64,000 nucleotides of DNA from Proteobacteria bacterium UBA6156 (GCA_002422365.1 DIUO01000015.1:9607-73606), one strand, 5' to 3'; shown: positions 9,809-20,343, counted from the stretch's first letter. Translations and numbers: made by a program. The notes: generated by a model not told the origin, from the letters alone.

Positions 9809-11401
9809 TTACAAGGGGATGCGGCTGGGGCGGGTGCGGCGCAGCCAGGCGAGGATCATCCAGCGCGTAAGCGTGATGCTGGTGAACATGCTGGCCAGCA
9901 GCCCGATGATAAGGGCCACCGCAAAGCCTTTAACCGGGCCGGTGCCGAACAGGAACAGGGCCAAACCCGCCACCAGCGAGGTGACGTGACCATCGAGAAT
10001 GGTACGGAAGGCACCGGTGAAGCCCGCCATAATGGCGGCCATGGGTTTTTGGCCGTGGTCGATTTCTTCGCGGATGCGCTCGAAAATCAGCACGTTGGCA
10101 TCGACCGCCATACCCATGGTGAGGACGATGCCTGCCATGCCGGGGAGTGTGAGGGTGAACCCGAGGAGGCTCATGGTGGCCACGAGAAGGATGAGATTGA
10201 CCACCACCGCGACGTTGGCAAACAAGCCGAACAGGCCATAGAACAAGCCCATAAACACCATCACCCCGGCCACACCTGTGGCCATGGCGATGGAGCCTGC
10301 GCGGATGCTGTCGGCCCCCAAAGAGGGGCCCACGGTGCGTTCTTCCACCACGTTCACGCGGGCTGGCAGTGCGCCTGCGTTGAGAATGGCCGCGAGGTCT
10401 TGTGCCTCGGCCGTTGTAAAGCTGCCGGAGATTTGGGCGCGGCCGCCGAGGATAGCCTCGCGGAACACGGGGGCGCTGTAGACTTTACCATCCAGCACAA
10501 TGGCAAAGCGCTTGCCGACGTTTTGGGTGGAAAGCTGGGCGAAGAGGCGGGTGCCGACGCTGTCGAAGGCGATATCGACCGCCGGGGCACCGTTTTGGTC
10601 GAAGGCGGCGGCGGAAGACGTGAGCATCTCGCCAGTCAGGCTGGGGCGTTTTTGCACAATGAGGGGGGATTCGTACGCATTTGGCCCCTGCCCGCGGGTT
10701 TCAGTCAGCTTGAGTTTGCTGGCGGGGATGACGACGGAAGTGGGATCGGTGGTTTCATCGACCAAGTGGAAAGTGAGCCGGGCGGTTTTGCCGATGGCGG
10801 CCTTGGCGCGGTTGACATCTTGCACACCCGGCAATTCGACAATCACCCGCGTGCTGCCCTGCTGCTGGATGAGCGGTTCGGCCACACCGAATTGGTCTAC
10901 CCGGCTGCGCAGCACTTGCAGGGTTTGCTGGAGGGCGCGCTTGCGGAATTCGTTCAGGGTACTTTCGGCATAATACAGGCGGGTTTCGCCATCGGCTGCG
11001 GTTTCAACCATGATGCCGTCGCGGACGAGCTCGGTGCGGAGTTTTTCGGCGTCGGCGGGGGTGCGCAGGTTGAGCTCTACCGCCGCGTGGAGGGCACCTT
11101 CGGCGTCTTGCATTTGGGCCAGGCGCAGGTTGGTGTAGCCGATGTTATTTTCGCGGGCGAAGGCGCGGATGCGGTCTTCCAGCGTCTCGTTGGCGCGGGT
11201 GGCGACGTCGTTCATGTCCACTTCCATCACCAAGTGGGCGCCGCCTTGAAGGTCTAGGCCCAGGTTCATGGGTTCGCTGGGCATCCAGGCGGGCAGGCTG
11301 CTGCGCAGCTGGGGCGGCAAAACATTGGGCAAAGCCAGCAAAGTAGCAGCGGCTAACACCACCACCACCAGCAGGCGCACATAACCGGGGATTTGACCCA
11401 T
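9809..11401 (-). CDS. secD: protein translocase subunit SecD
   Basis: 530 aa with a large periplasmic domain and a C-terminal 6-TM SecD/F core (LGLDLQGG..., GPSLGADSI). An AGGAGA Shine-Dalgarno lies upstream. Confidence 0.95.
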   Translation of the reverse strand: MGQIPGYVRLLVVVVLAAATLLALPNVLPPQLRSSLPAWMPSEPMNLGLDLQGGAHLVMEVDMNDVATRANETLEDRIRAFARENNIGYTNLRLAQMQDAEGALHAAVELNLRTPADAEKLRTELVRDGIMVETAADGETRLYYAESTLNEFRKRALQQTLQVLRSRVDQFGVAEPLIQQQGSTRVIVELPGVQDVNRAKAAIGKTARLTFHLVDETTDPTSVVIPASKLKLTETRGQGPNAYESPLIVQKRPSLTGEMLTSSAAAFDQNGAPAVDIAFDSVGTRLFAQLSTQNVGKRFAIVLDGKVYSAPVFREAILGGRAQISGSFTTAEAQDLAAILNAGALPARVNVVEERTVGPSLGADSIRAGSIAMATGVAGVMVFMGLFYGLFGLFANVAVVVNLILLVATMSLLGFTLTLPGMAGIVLTMGMAVDANVLIFERIREEIDHGQKPMAAIMAGFTGAFRTILDGHVTSLVAGLALFLFGTGPVKGFAVALIIGLLASMFTSITLTRWMILAWLRRTRPSRIPL

Positions 11402-11446
11402 GCGGTTCTCCTGACTGTATTTAATAACGATTCGCGTTTGTGGCTT

Positions 11447-11815
11447 TTAGCGTTTTTTGGCAATGGCCGGTTTGGCGGCGGCTTCCCAGCCCTTTGCGGC
11501 GTCGCCGGTCAGCACGTTGCGCACGGCCTCGCGCGCCACAGCCAGCACCACACCTTCGGCAGCGCGCACATGCACCACGGCATCTTTTAAAGCGGCAATT
11601 TCGCCAATCAGGCCGCCGTCGGTGACGACGACATCGCCTTTTTTAAGTGCGGATATCATTGCCGCATGCTTTTTGGCGGTTTGCATTTGCGGGCGCAGCA
11701 GCAAAAAGTAAAAGACGGCAAACACAAGGATAAACGGCAAAGCGCTGCCGATAATGGCGGGCAGGCCGCCGGTGGCGGCGGTAGCGGCATCTTGTGCGTG
11801 GGCGAGTGTCAACAT
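11447..11815 (-). CDS. yajC: preprotein translocase subunit YajC
   Basis: Single TM plus FYFLLLRPQMQTAKKH...GDVVVTDGGLIG, the YajC signature. It lies upstream of secD. Confidence 0.85.
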   Translation of the reverse strand: MLTLAHAQDAATAATGGLPAIIGSALPFILVFAVFYFLLLRPQMQTAKKHAAMISALKKGDVVVTDGGLIGEIAALKDAVVHVRAAEGVVLAVAREAVRNVLTGDAAKGWEAAAKPAIAKKR

Positions 11816-12027
11816 GGTGGGTTCCCCTTTTGTGATGGGGGAATGTAGCGAAAATGAGAGGGAGCGTCTAGGGGAATGCCTGAAAGTAGGTCGGTTTTTC
11901 GGCTAAAAACGCCCTGAATTGTTGCGTTTCTCGGGCGCATTTACATGGATTTGCGACGACCAGCCCGCCTTGCGGCTCTGTCGCGCCTTCTTGACGAAGG
12001 CGCGCAGGCCGTGACGGCGAGACGCCA

Positions 12028-12062
12028 AGATTCGTGACTAAAAATGGGATTTTTGGACGAAT

Positions 12063-12065
<3 letters not shown>
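12028..12065 (-). terminator. hairpin overlapping the icd stop codon (possible terminator)
   Basis: Inverted repeat agattcgt...acgaatct encloses the palindrome ccaaaaat-ccc-attttt. The same AAAAATGGGATTTTTGG core occurs in the family-B repeats. Confidence 0.4.
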
Positions 12066-13340
<1,275 letters not shown>

Positions 13341-13379
13341 ACTTTGTTCTCCCTTTTATGGGAGGGAGGATAGGCTTAT

Positions 13380-13412
13380 CAGTGAACAGTGAACAGTAGA
13401 CAGTGAACAGGG
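13380..13412 (-). repeat. tandem heptads (CAGTGAA x4-5) upstream of icd
   Basis: cagtgaa cagtgaa cagtaga cagtgaa caggg. It lies between the stop of the 13418 gene and the icd start. Confidence 0.8.
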
Positions 13413-13417
13413 ATGCC

Positions 13418-13858
13418 CTAGATGTGGGCGGGTTCTTCTTGTTGGTGGCCGTGGTGCAGGTGCAGCAGGTGTTCTTCTGTGGCGAACCAGGCGAGGTCGG
13501 CAACCAAAAGAGCCAGCGAGATATAGAAAATTTTGAGGCTGGTGCGTTTTTTGGGGGCGCAGTCTCCGTGGTGGCAGTGGCTTGCGGCGGTGTGGCAGTC
13601 TATCCGGTAGGCCACAAAGTTGAGGACGCCGCTGAGGACAACGCTGGTGATGGCGATGGCGAGGAGGAGGGTGTGGTAGTTATCGACAAAGCGGTACAAC
13701 GGGTTGGTGGCCAGCACCCCGGCTAGCCCCACGGTGGTGCCCAGGCTGATGAGCGCCATGGCCACGGGTATGCCGCAGCACAGGATGTGCGGCAGAATGG
13801 AGAGCGCGGAGACGATGCCTGTGGTGCGGCGGATGTGCTGGGGTATAGGTTTGGTCAT
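13418..13858 (-). CDS. four-TM membrane protein with a CC motif and a His/Cys-rich C-terminus (MerT-like metal transporter, putative)
   Basis: ILPHILCCGIPVAMALISLG resembles the MerT first-helix CC motif. It also has CHTAASHCHHGDC and a C-terminal HLLHLHHGHQQEE. The ORF opens with GTG at 13915; I prefer the ATG at 13858. Confidence 0.5.
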   Translation of the reverse strand: MTKPIPQHIRRTTGIVSALSILPHILCCGIPVAMALISLGTTVGLAGVLATNPLYRFVDNYHTLLLAIAITSVVLSGVLNFVAYRIDCHTAASHCHHGDCAPKKRTSLKIFYISLALLVADLAWFATEEHLLHLHHGHQQEEPAHI

Positions 13859-13864
13859 AAAAGT

Positions 13865-13893
13865 CAAATAGGCTCGGTGCGGGAGGGTGTCAA
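13865..13893 (-). promoter_or_regulatory. candidate sigma70-type promoter for the 13418-13858 gene
   Basis: Minus strand reads TTGACA, 17 nt, TATTTG, 6 nt, ATG. This would give a leaderless or nearly leaderless transcript. Confidence 0.3.
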
Positions 13894-13972
13894 GATGGAT
13901 GTTAATATCTAACACCCCTTTCCCTATGGGCTAAAACGGCCAAACCCCGCCGGAGCGGGGGTTGGCGGGCGG

Positions 13973-14158
13973 CTAGACCCGTTGGGTCTCGTCGCCTTTC
14001 GTTGCATAGCGGGTGACAGGTGCTTGACCTGCCAGAGTGGCGAGGTCGAAAAGGCTCATAAGAGCTTCCGGCACGAAACACGCTTCCTTGCGAGGTGTAT
14101 CGCTTTCCGGTATGCCAATGGCTTTGCAGGCTTTGGCATTGGCGCAGTCTTTACACAT
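13973..14158 (-). CDS. small Cys-rich hypothetical protein (61 aa)
   Basis: MCKDCANAKACKAIG... It has a GGGAGA Shine-Dalgarno 7 nt upstream and is tightly packed after the 44-aa ORF. Confidence 0.4.
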   Translation of the reverse strand: MCKDCANAKACKAIGIPESDTPRKEACFVPEALMSLFDLATLAGQAPVTRYATKGDETQRV

Positions 14159-14173
14159 GTTCGTCTCCCGTTT

Positions 14174-14308
14174 CTAGAGAAGATTCAGCCAGCGGCGGTA
14201 GGCCTTTGGCGGGATGAAGGGCGACCAGTCGACCTCGCGGAGGTCGTCGGGCCGGATGCTGAGGAGCATGCGCAGGAAAGTGCGCGGAAGGGCGAGGAGG
14301 TGCGTCAT
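14174..14308 (-). CDS. small hypothetical protein (44 aa), translationally coupled
   Basis: My own reading gives MTHLLALPRTFLRMLLSIRPDDLREVDWSPFIPPKAYRRWLNLL. Its ATG overlaps the TGA of the upstream 92-aa ORF (ATGA), and third-position GC is high. Confidence 0.3.
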   Translation of the reverse strand: MTHLLALPRTFLRMLLSIRPDDLREVDWSPFIPPKAYRRWLNLL

Positions 14309-14583
14309 AGACGCACCTCGCTGCCTTCGCAGTGACCTCCGGCCAGAATGGCGGCGACCTCGTTCCTCACCAGCGGCTGGCAGCCGCGGCAGGGCGCGTG
14401 GCCGGTTTCGGCCTTGTGGTTCTGATAGAACGTACCGACGGCCAGAGCCTGGTCGGCGGCGGTGTTGGCGAGCGGTGGCTTGCCCTTGGCCAGTCGATTG
14501 CGGTTTGCGGCATCGACGGCGTTTTGGACATCGCAAGGCCCGTTCTTGCTGCACACACGTTTGGTGCAGGAACAAATTCTCAT
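14305..14583 (-). CDS. Cys-rich hypothetical protein (92 aa, 7 Cys)
   Basis: MRICSCTKRVCSKNGPC...HAPCRGC...GGHCEG. It has a GGAGA Shine-Dalgarno and host-like codon usage. I recognise no family. Confidence 0.5.
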   Translation of the reverse strand: MRICSCTKRVCSKNGPCDVQNAVDAANRNRLAKGKPPLANTAADQALAVGTFYQNHKAETGHAPCRGCQPLVRNEVAAILAGGHCEGSEVRL

Positions 14584-14836
14584 GATGGTTCTCCGTCGAA
14601 GTATTCGGTAGGTGTAGATATACGCCGACTGATAGGCGCTTCAATGGCACAAATTTTAGGGGAATAAGGGCTTAATGGGTTTAGGGTAATTTCAAGTGAT
14701 TGGAAAACATTGCATTTTGCATTTCGGTTTTTCGGAATTACGGCGAGTGGGACACAGGGGATGCTTTTTTGGGCAGGTTTGGAATGAACAAATACTGATG
14801 CCGCCCGGAGGCGGCATGGAGAGATTCGTCATATCG

Positions 14837-15085
14837 TCAGGAGACATATGAATTGATGACGCCTGAAACGTCATTCGGTGTTAAGTGGCGAAACTCGCAG
14901 TCCTTGGCAACCTTCTTCAACATAGCGCGGCGCTCACGTTTGGCGGCGCAGCGTTTTTGTGTGCCAGAAGGCAACGGGCCGCAGGCTTTTAAATTATTGC
15001 GAAGCAGTGTTCGGAGTCGCCACAGTTCTTTCAGGGCTTCTGGGCTAGGGTTTGGCAGGCGATAAACAGGGCGCGCTTTGGCCAT
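14837..15085 (-). CDS. hypothetical basic protein (82 aa)
   Basis: ORF in a lower-GC stretch, MAKARPVYRLPNPSPEALKELWRLRTLLRNN... I recognise no family. Confidence 0.35.
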   Translation of the reverse strand: MAKARPVYRLPNPSPEALKELWRLRTLLRNNLKACGPLPSGTQKRCAAKRERRAMLKKVAKDCEFRHLTPNDVSGVINSYVS

Positions 15086-15235
15086 AATTTACCTTTTTCA
15101 AACGTTACGGGTTGGGCCGCATTTAGCGGCAGCTCTGCGCAGGCTTCAATGGCAAAAAAAGTGGGGGAATTGCTCTCACTTTTTTGAGGTTACTAGTTAA
15201 AAATACATTTCTAGACATATCTGATTTTAAGAAGC

Positions 15236-15385
15236 TGCCACCAGCGGGACTCCCGTTCCGGCCTCCGCCGGAATGGTGGGGGATGGATCCCGGATAGGTA
15301 GCGGGTCCCGGTAAAAATGGGGCCCCTACCCCATTTTTACCACCCACTAACCTTCCGGGATGACACCGCCCCACGACTTGGTGGC
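15236..15385. repeat. structured intergenic repeat, family A, copy 1 (MITE/REP-like)
   Basis: About 150 bp. Outer inverted repeat gccaccag/cttggtggc. Internal hairpins ttccggc-ctc-gccggaa and ggtaaaaatgggg-ccccta-ccccatttttacc. Near-identical blocks occur at 27501-27640 and 50318-50437. Confidence 0.8.
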
Positions 15386-15432
15386 TGATTATCTATATTT
15401 ATGTAGCAATGCCAACCTTTTTAGAGCTACGC

Positions 15433-16758
15433 CTAGCGCATGAGGGGTGACCAGGCGGGGTCGGACGCGTTGGTGGGGGTGGGGAGTTCGCGCAGGTTAT
15501 AGCCGGTGAGGTCGACCGTGAAGATACGGAATTTATCTGACCGGGTTTGCTGGCGGCTGAACACCAGCACGCGGCCATTGGGCGCCCAGGTGGGGTTATC
15601 GTCCATGTAGCTGTCGGTGAGGATGCGCTCTTCGTTCCCGTCGGGGTCTATCACCCCCACATTGAACTTGCCCTGGTATTGCTTGATGAAGGCGATGAGG
15701 TCGCCGCGCGGGCTCCAGGCCGGGCTGTAGTAGCGGCCTTCTCCATAGGTGAGACGCTTCACGCCGGAGCCGTCGGTGTTCATGATATAGAGCGCGGAGG
15801 CGCCGCCACGGTCGGAACTGAAGACGATTTTGGTGTCATCCGGGCTGTAGCTGGGCGAGGTGTCGGTCTCCCGTTGGTAGGTAAGGCGCTTGAGGCTGCG
15901 GGTGGCCATGTCCATTTCGTAGATTTCGGCGTTGCCTTCGTGCCCGGCGGTGAGGGTCATGGCCAGCTTATTGCCTTTGGTGTTGAAGCGAGGCGTGCTG
16001 TTGAGGCCTTCGAAGTCTCCGATGATGGTTTGCTGGCCGCTGTTGATATCCCACAAGTAAAGGCGCGGCATGCCGCTGGCGTAGGACATGTAGACCACCT
16101 TTTGCAGGTTGGGGTTGAAGCGGGGGGTGAGCACCAGCGAGGTGCCATCGGTAAGGCACTGATAGTTGGCGCCGTCTTGATCCATGATGCAGAGCTTTTT
16201 CAGCAGTTGGCCATCGAGGCCACGGGATTCTCCGATATGCACGATACGGGTGAAGAAGTAGCCGGGTTCTCCGGTGAGGGCTTTGTAAATATCGTCGGAA
16301 ATACGGTGGGCGATGTATCGCCAGTTGGCGGAGCTGTCGGTAAGGGCGGTGCCGTAGAGCTGTTGCTCGGTTTGGGTGTCGAACAGGCGGATTTCGACAC
16401 GGATTTTGCCATCGGCCTGGGGTTTGACTTCGGCGCTGACGACGGCATCGGCATTGATGCCGCGCCAGTCGGCAAACACAGGGCCGCCTGCGGCCATTTG
16501 GGCGGGAGTTTGGAGATAGGATTGGGTGTTAAGAACCTTAAACGGCGTGCTGTTTTCCAGATTGGAGCGCACGACGGCGGCGAGGTCGGTGCCGAAGCGG
16601 GCGGCTTCTGGCGTGGCGCCGAAGAAGTCGGGCACGGCAATGGGCAAGGGCGCGGTGCCGGGGGCAGAGAGGTCGATTCTCACCTTGGCATGGGCAGGCG
16701 ACAAGGCGGCCAAAGCCATGATGAACATTAGAAACGCGGCGCGGACTATCGACGACAT
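15433..16758 (-). CDS. tolB: Tol-Pal system periplasmic beta-propeller protein TolB
   Basis: Signal peptide, TolB N-domain and repeated WD-like blades (SPAWSPRGDLIAF, PTWAPNGRVLVF, DPAWSP). I prefer the start MSSIVRAAF at 16758, which has a GGGAGA Shine-Dalgarno. Confidence 0.93.
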   Translation of the reverse strand: MSSIVRAAFLMFIMALAALSPAHAKVRIDLSAPGTAPLPIAVPDFFGATPEAARFGTDLAAVVRSNLENSTPFKVLNTQSYLQTPAQMAAGGPVFADWRGINADAVVSAEVKPQADGKIRVEIRLFDTQTEQQLYGTALTDSSANWRYIAHRISDDIYKALTGEPGYFFTRIVHIGESRGLDGQLLKKLCIMDQDGANYQCLTDGTSLVLTPRFNPNLQKVVYMSYASGMPRLYLWDINSGQQTIIGDFEGLNSTPRFNTKGNKLAMTLTAGHEGNAEIYEMDMATRSLKRLTYQRETDTSPSYSPDDTKIVFSSDRGGASALYIMNTDGSGVKRLTYGEGRYYSPAWSPRGDLIAFIKQYQGKFNVGVIDPDGNEERILTDSYMDDNPTWAPNGRVLVFSRQQTRSDKFRIFTVDLTGYNLRELPTPTNASDPAWSPLMR

Positions 16759-16991
16759 GGAGTTCTCCCTTGTTATGGCACGGGAGGGTAACATGGGGTT
16801 TTGTGCCTTGGTAGGGTTTTGACGGGGCGAGGCGGAAAAAAGTCAGGAGGCGTTGGGCGTTGGTTTGGTGGGGGTAGGTTGGGGGTTTTGAGTTAGGGGG
16901 ATGGTGCGATTATTTTCCAGATCCCGGGTCTGGGCGTGGGCCCGCGATTTGTTACCAAATCGCACCCCGCCGTAGCCCGGGAAACGGTGGA

Positions 16992-17612
16992 TTATTCCGG
17001 CTTGAGGATTTGTTTGCTGGTGATTTCAGCCTGGGCGTTGAGTTCGTAGATGTAGATTTCTCCGGTGGCGAGCTCGACTTGCGGTACCTGCTCTTTGCTC
17101 ACCCCTTCTAGCGCCATGATGAGAGCGCGCAGGCTGTTACCGTGGGCGGCCACCAGTGTGGTTTGGTTTTTAAGCGTTTGCGGCAGAATGGTGTTGACGA
17201 AGTAGGGCAGCACGCGGGCGACGGTGTCGCGCAGGCTTTCTCCACCGGGGGGAGAAATATCGTAGGCGCGGCGCCAGGTGTGGACTTGGTCGTCTCCCCA
17301 CTTTTGGCGGGCTTCGTCTTTGTTCAGCCCGGCGAGGTCTCCGTAGTGGCGCTCGTTCAGGGCTTCGCTGCGGGTCATCGGCAGGGTGGACTGGCCGAGT
17401 TCGGCAAGGATGATTTGACAGGTTTCGTTGGCGCGTTTGAGGTTGGAGCTGAAGGCTGCCGATGGTGCCAGGCCTGCGGCTTTAAGGCGCTGGCCTGCGG
17501 ATTTGGCCTCGGCACGGCCTTGTTCGGTCAGGTCGACATCGACCCAGCCGGTGAAGCGGTTTTGCAGGTTCCATTCGCTTTGGCCATGGCGGGTGAGGAT
17601 GAGGGTGGGCAT
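16992..17612 (-). CDS. gpmA: 2,3-bisphosphoglycerate-dependent phosphoglycerate mutase
   Basis: [26 protein letters not shown] (catalytic RHG) and the C-terminal [10 protein letters not shown] motif. Confidence 0.93.
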   Translation of the reverse strand: MPTLILTRHGQSEWNLQNRFTGWVDVDLTEQGRAEAKSAGQRLKAAGLAPSAAFSSNLKRANETCQIILAELGQSTLPMTRSEALNERHYGDLAGLNKDEARQKWGDDQVHTWRRAYDISPPGGESLRDTVARVLPYFVNTILPQTLKNQTTLVAAHGNSLRALIMALEGVSKEQVPQVELATGEIYIYELNAQAEITSKQILKPE

Positions 17613-17621
17613 GGGTTTCGT

Positions 17622-17656
17622 ATTTTCGTGTTTGGTGTTTAGTGTTTAGTGTTTGG
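17622..17656 (-). repeat. TG/CA-rich heptad spacer element (eno-gpmA intergenic)
   Basis: attttcgtgttt ggtgttt agtgttt agtgttt ggg. It fills the 48-nt eno-gpmA spacer. The mRNA strand reads (AAACACY)4. Confidence 0.8.
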
Positions 17657-17660
17657 GGGT

Positions 17661-19022
<1,362 letters not shown>

Positions 19023-19094
19023 TTACGGTTTAGGCAGCCATGATGCGCAACCCCGGCCCCCCTGCTATGCTGGGGCAACACAAGGAGACGACCT

Positions 19095-19574
19095 ATGCCG
19101 GAGCTGGATATGGTGCATGTTATTTATGGGGCTGGGCTTTCTTTATTAGGGGCCGCGCTGTGTGTGGGGATGCATTATGAAGGGCTGAACCTGCTGGAGC
19201 GTGTTGCGCGCTGGGAAAGCCGCTATATGCGCCACCCCCGCCCGCGCCTGCTGCTGGTGATGATGGGGGTTGTGCTGCTGCACACCCTGGAGATTTGGGC
19301 CATGGCCGGGATTTATGCGCTGATGGCGGAAGGCTTGGGCCTTGGCGGTTTGCAAGTGGCGCCGGGTGTGGCTGGTGGCTTTATGCTTTGGGATTATGTG
19401 TATTTTTCGGCGGTGATGTACACGTCTCTCGGCATTGGCGACATTATACCCCACGGCATGTTTAAGATGCTGGCGGCCACCGAAGCGCTTGTGGGGCTGA
19501 TATTGATTGCGTGGAGTGCGAGCTTTACCTACCTGCTGATGCAGCGGCTGTGGGGCAAGGACAGCCTGCGCTAA
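19095..19574 (+). CDS. two-TM ion-channel family protein (K+ channel-like pore)
   Basis: YFSAVMYTSLGIGDIIP resembles a pore helix and selectivity-filter region (TxGxGD-like). An AAGGAGA Shine-Dalgarno lies upstream. Confidence 0.65.
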   Translation: MPELDMVHVIYGAGLSLLGAALCVGMHYEGLNLLERVARWESRYMRHPRPRLLLVMMGVVLLHTLEIWAMAGIYALMAEGLGLGGLQVAPGVAGGFMLWDYVYFSAVMYTSLGIGDIIPHGMFKMLAATEALVGLILIAWSASFTYLLMQRLWGKDSLR

Positions 19575-20161
19575 AAGGTGCGGCGCACGCCCAGCAGCAG
19601 GTAGTTGGAGCCGCCCTTGACGCCATTGAAGGTGCCATAGCCGCCGGAGCGGTGGTGCCAGCGGAGGACGCCTTGCCAGTCTTCGGCCGATTTGGGTGCG
19701 GCGGTGGCCTCGAACCCCAGATAGCCGATGGTGCGGGCCTGTTTGGCATTGCGGGCTTGCTCAATTACAGAGATTTTGCTGACGTGGGACACGCCTGCGC
19801 CTGCGCCCAGTGTGCTGTTCAGGTGGGTGTTCCAGGGCAAATTGTGCCAGCGCACCATGCCGAGGGCGACGGCCTCCCACAGGCGTTGGTCTCCCCAGTG
19901 GCGCATGGCCATGGCTTCGGTTTCGAAGCCCAGGGAGCCGTCGGCGCTGCGGGCGAGTTCTCTGCTTATGCCTATGCCTGCCAGTTTGCTGTCGTAGGCG
20001 CGCCAGTCGAACGGCCAGGGCAGTTGCTCGATGCTGTTGTTAAGCGCGGTGCCGCCGTAAGCGGTGACATAAACCGGTGCCCCTTGCCCTGCCCAGGTTT
20101 GCGGAGCGGCCAGCAGAAATGCGACTAATGTGCTGAAAGCTGAGACTGTTGTGAGGCGCAT
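19571..20161 (-). CDS. outer-membrane beta-barrel protein, possibly a PagL-like lipid A deacylase
   Basis: Signal peptide, alternating amphipathic strands and a C-terminal ...LLLGVRRTF. RWHHRSGGYG is reminiscent of the PagL His/Ser region. The functional call is weak. Confidence 0.4.
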   Translation of the reverse strand: MRLTTVSAFSTLVAFLLAAPQTWAGQGAPVYVTAYGGTALNNSIEQLPWPFDWRAYDSKLAGIGISRELARSADGSLGFETEAMAMRHWGDQRLWEAVALGMVRWHNLPWNTHLNSTLGAGAGVSHVSKISVIEQARNAKQARTIGYLGFEATAAPKSAEDWQGVLRWHHRSGGYGTFNGVKGGSNYLLLGVRRTF

Positions 20162-20267
20162 TGCGATACTTTCTCTGACCTGATTCCCCTTTTTTATACA
20201 GGGGCGGATACCCTGTTACAAGCCAAACATGGCTGCGGGTAAGACGATTGATAGGTGGGGGAATAAA

Positions 20268-20343
20268 TGGTGGTCAGGGTCAGAATCGAACTGACGACAC
20301 AAGGATTTTCAATCCTTTGCTCTACCGACTGAGCTACCTAACC
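20268..20343 (-). tRNA. tRNA-Phe (GAA)
   Basis: Manual fold: acceptor GGTTAGG/CCTGACC, anticodon stem AAGGA/TCCTT with loop TTGAAAA, T-loop GTTCGATTC, encoded CCA. Confidence 0.95.

Noticed and set aside
9791-11257. A 488-aa plus-strand ORF.

Similar long ORFs occur at:
- 12096-13373
- 15547-16731
- 28122-29144
- 30711-31979
- 39688-40980
- 41305-42231
- 45139-46167
- 60534-61769
- 62505-63278
   Set aside because: Each lies exactly antisense to a strongly supported gene (secD, icd, tolB, gltA, the pilin/platform genes, lon, clpX, tig, secA). Their products are Gly/Ala/Arg/His-rich low-complexity sequence typical of shadow ORFs in GC-rich DNA.
17622-17656. Whether the short tandem arrays (GTGTTT heptads, CAGTGAA, TTAGARG) could be CRISPR arrays.
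   Set aside because: The units are 7 nt, directly abutting with no spacers, and there are no cas genes in the window. They are micro-tandem repeats, not CRISPR.
19571-20161. Whether the small outer-membrane barrel could be the secretin missing from the filament operon.
   Set aside because: It is only 196 aa with a classic small beta-barrel pattern ending in Phe. Secretins are over 400 aa with N-domains and a conserved secretin core, and this gene is 9 kb away in an unrelated context.
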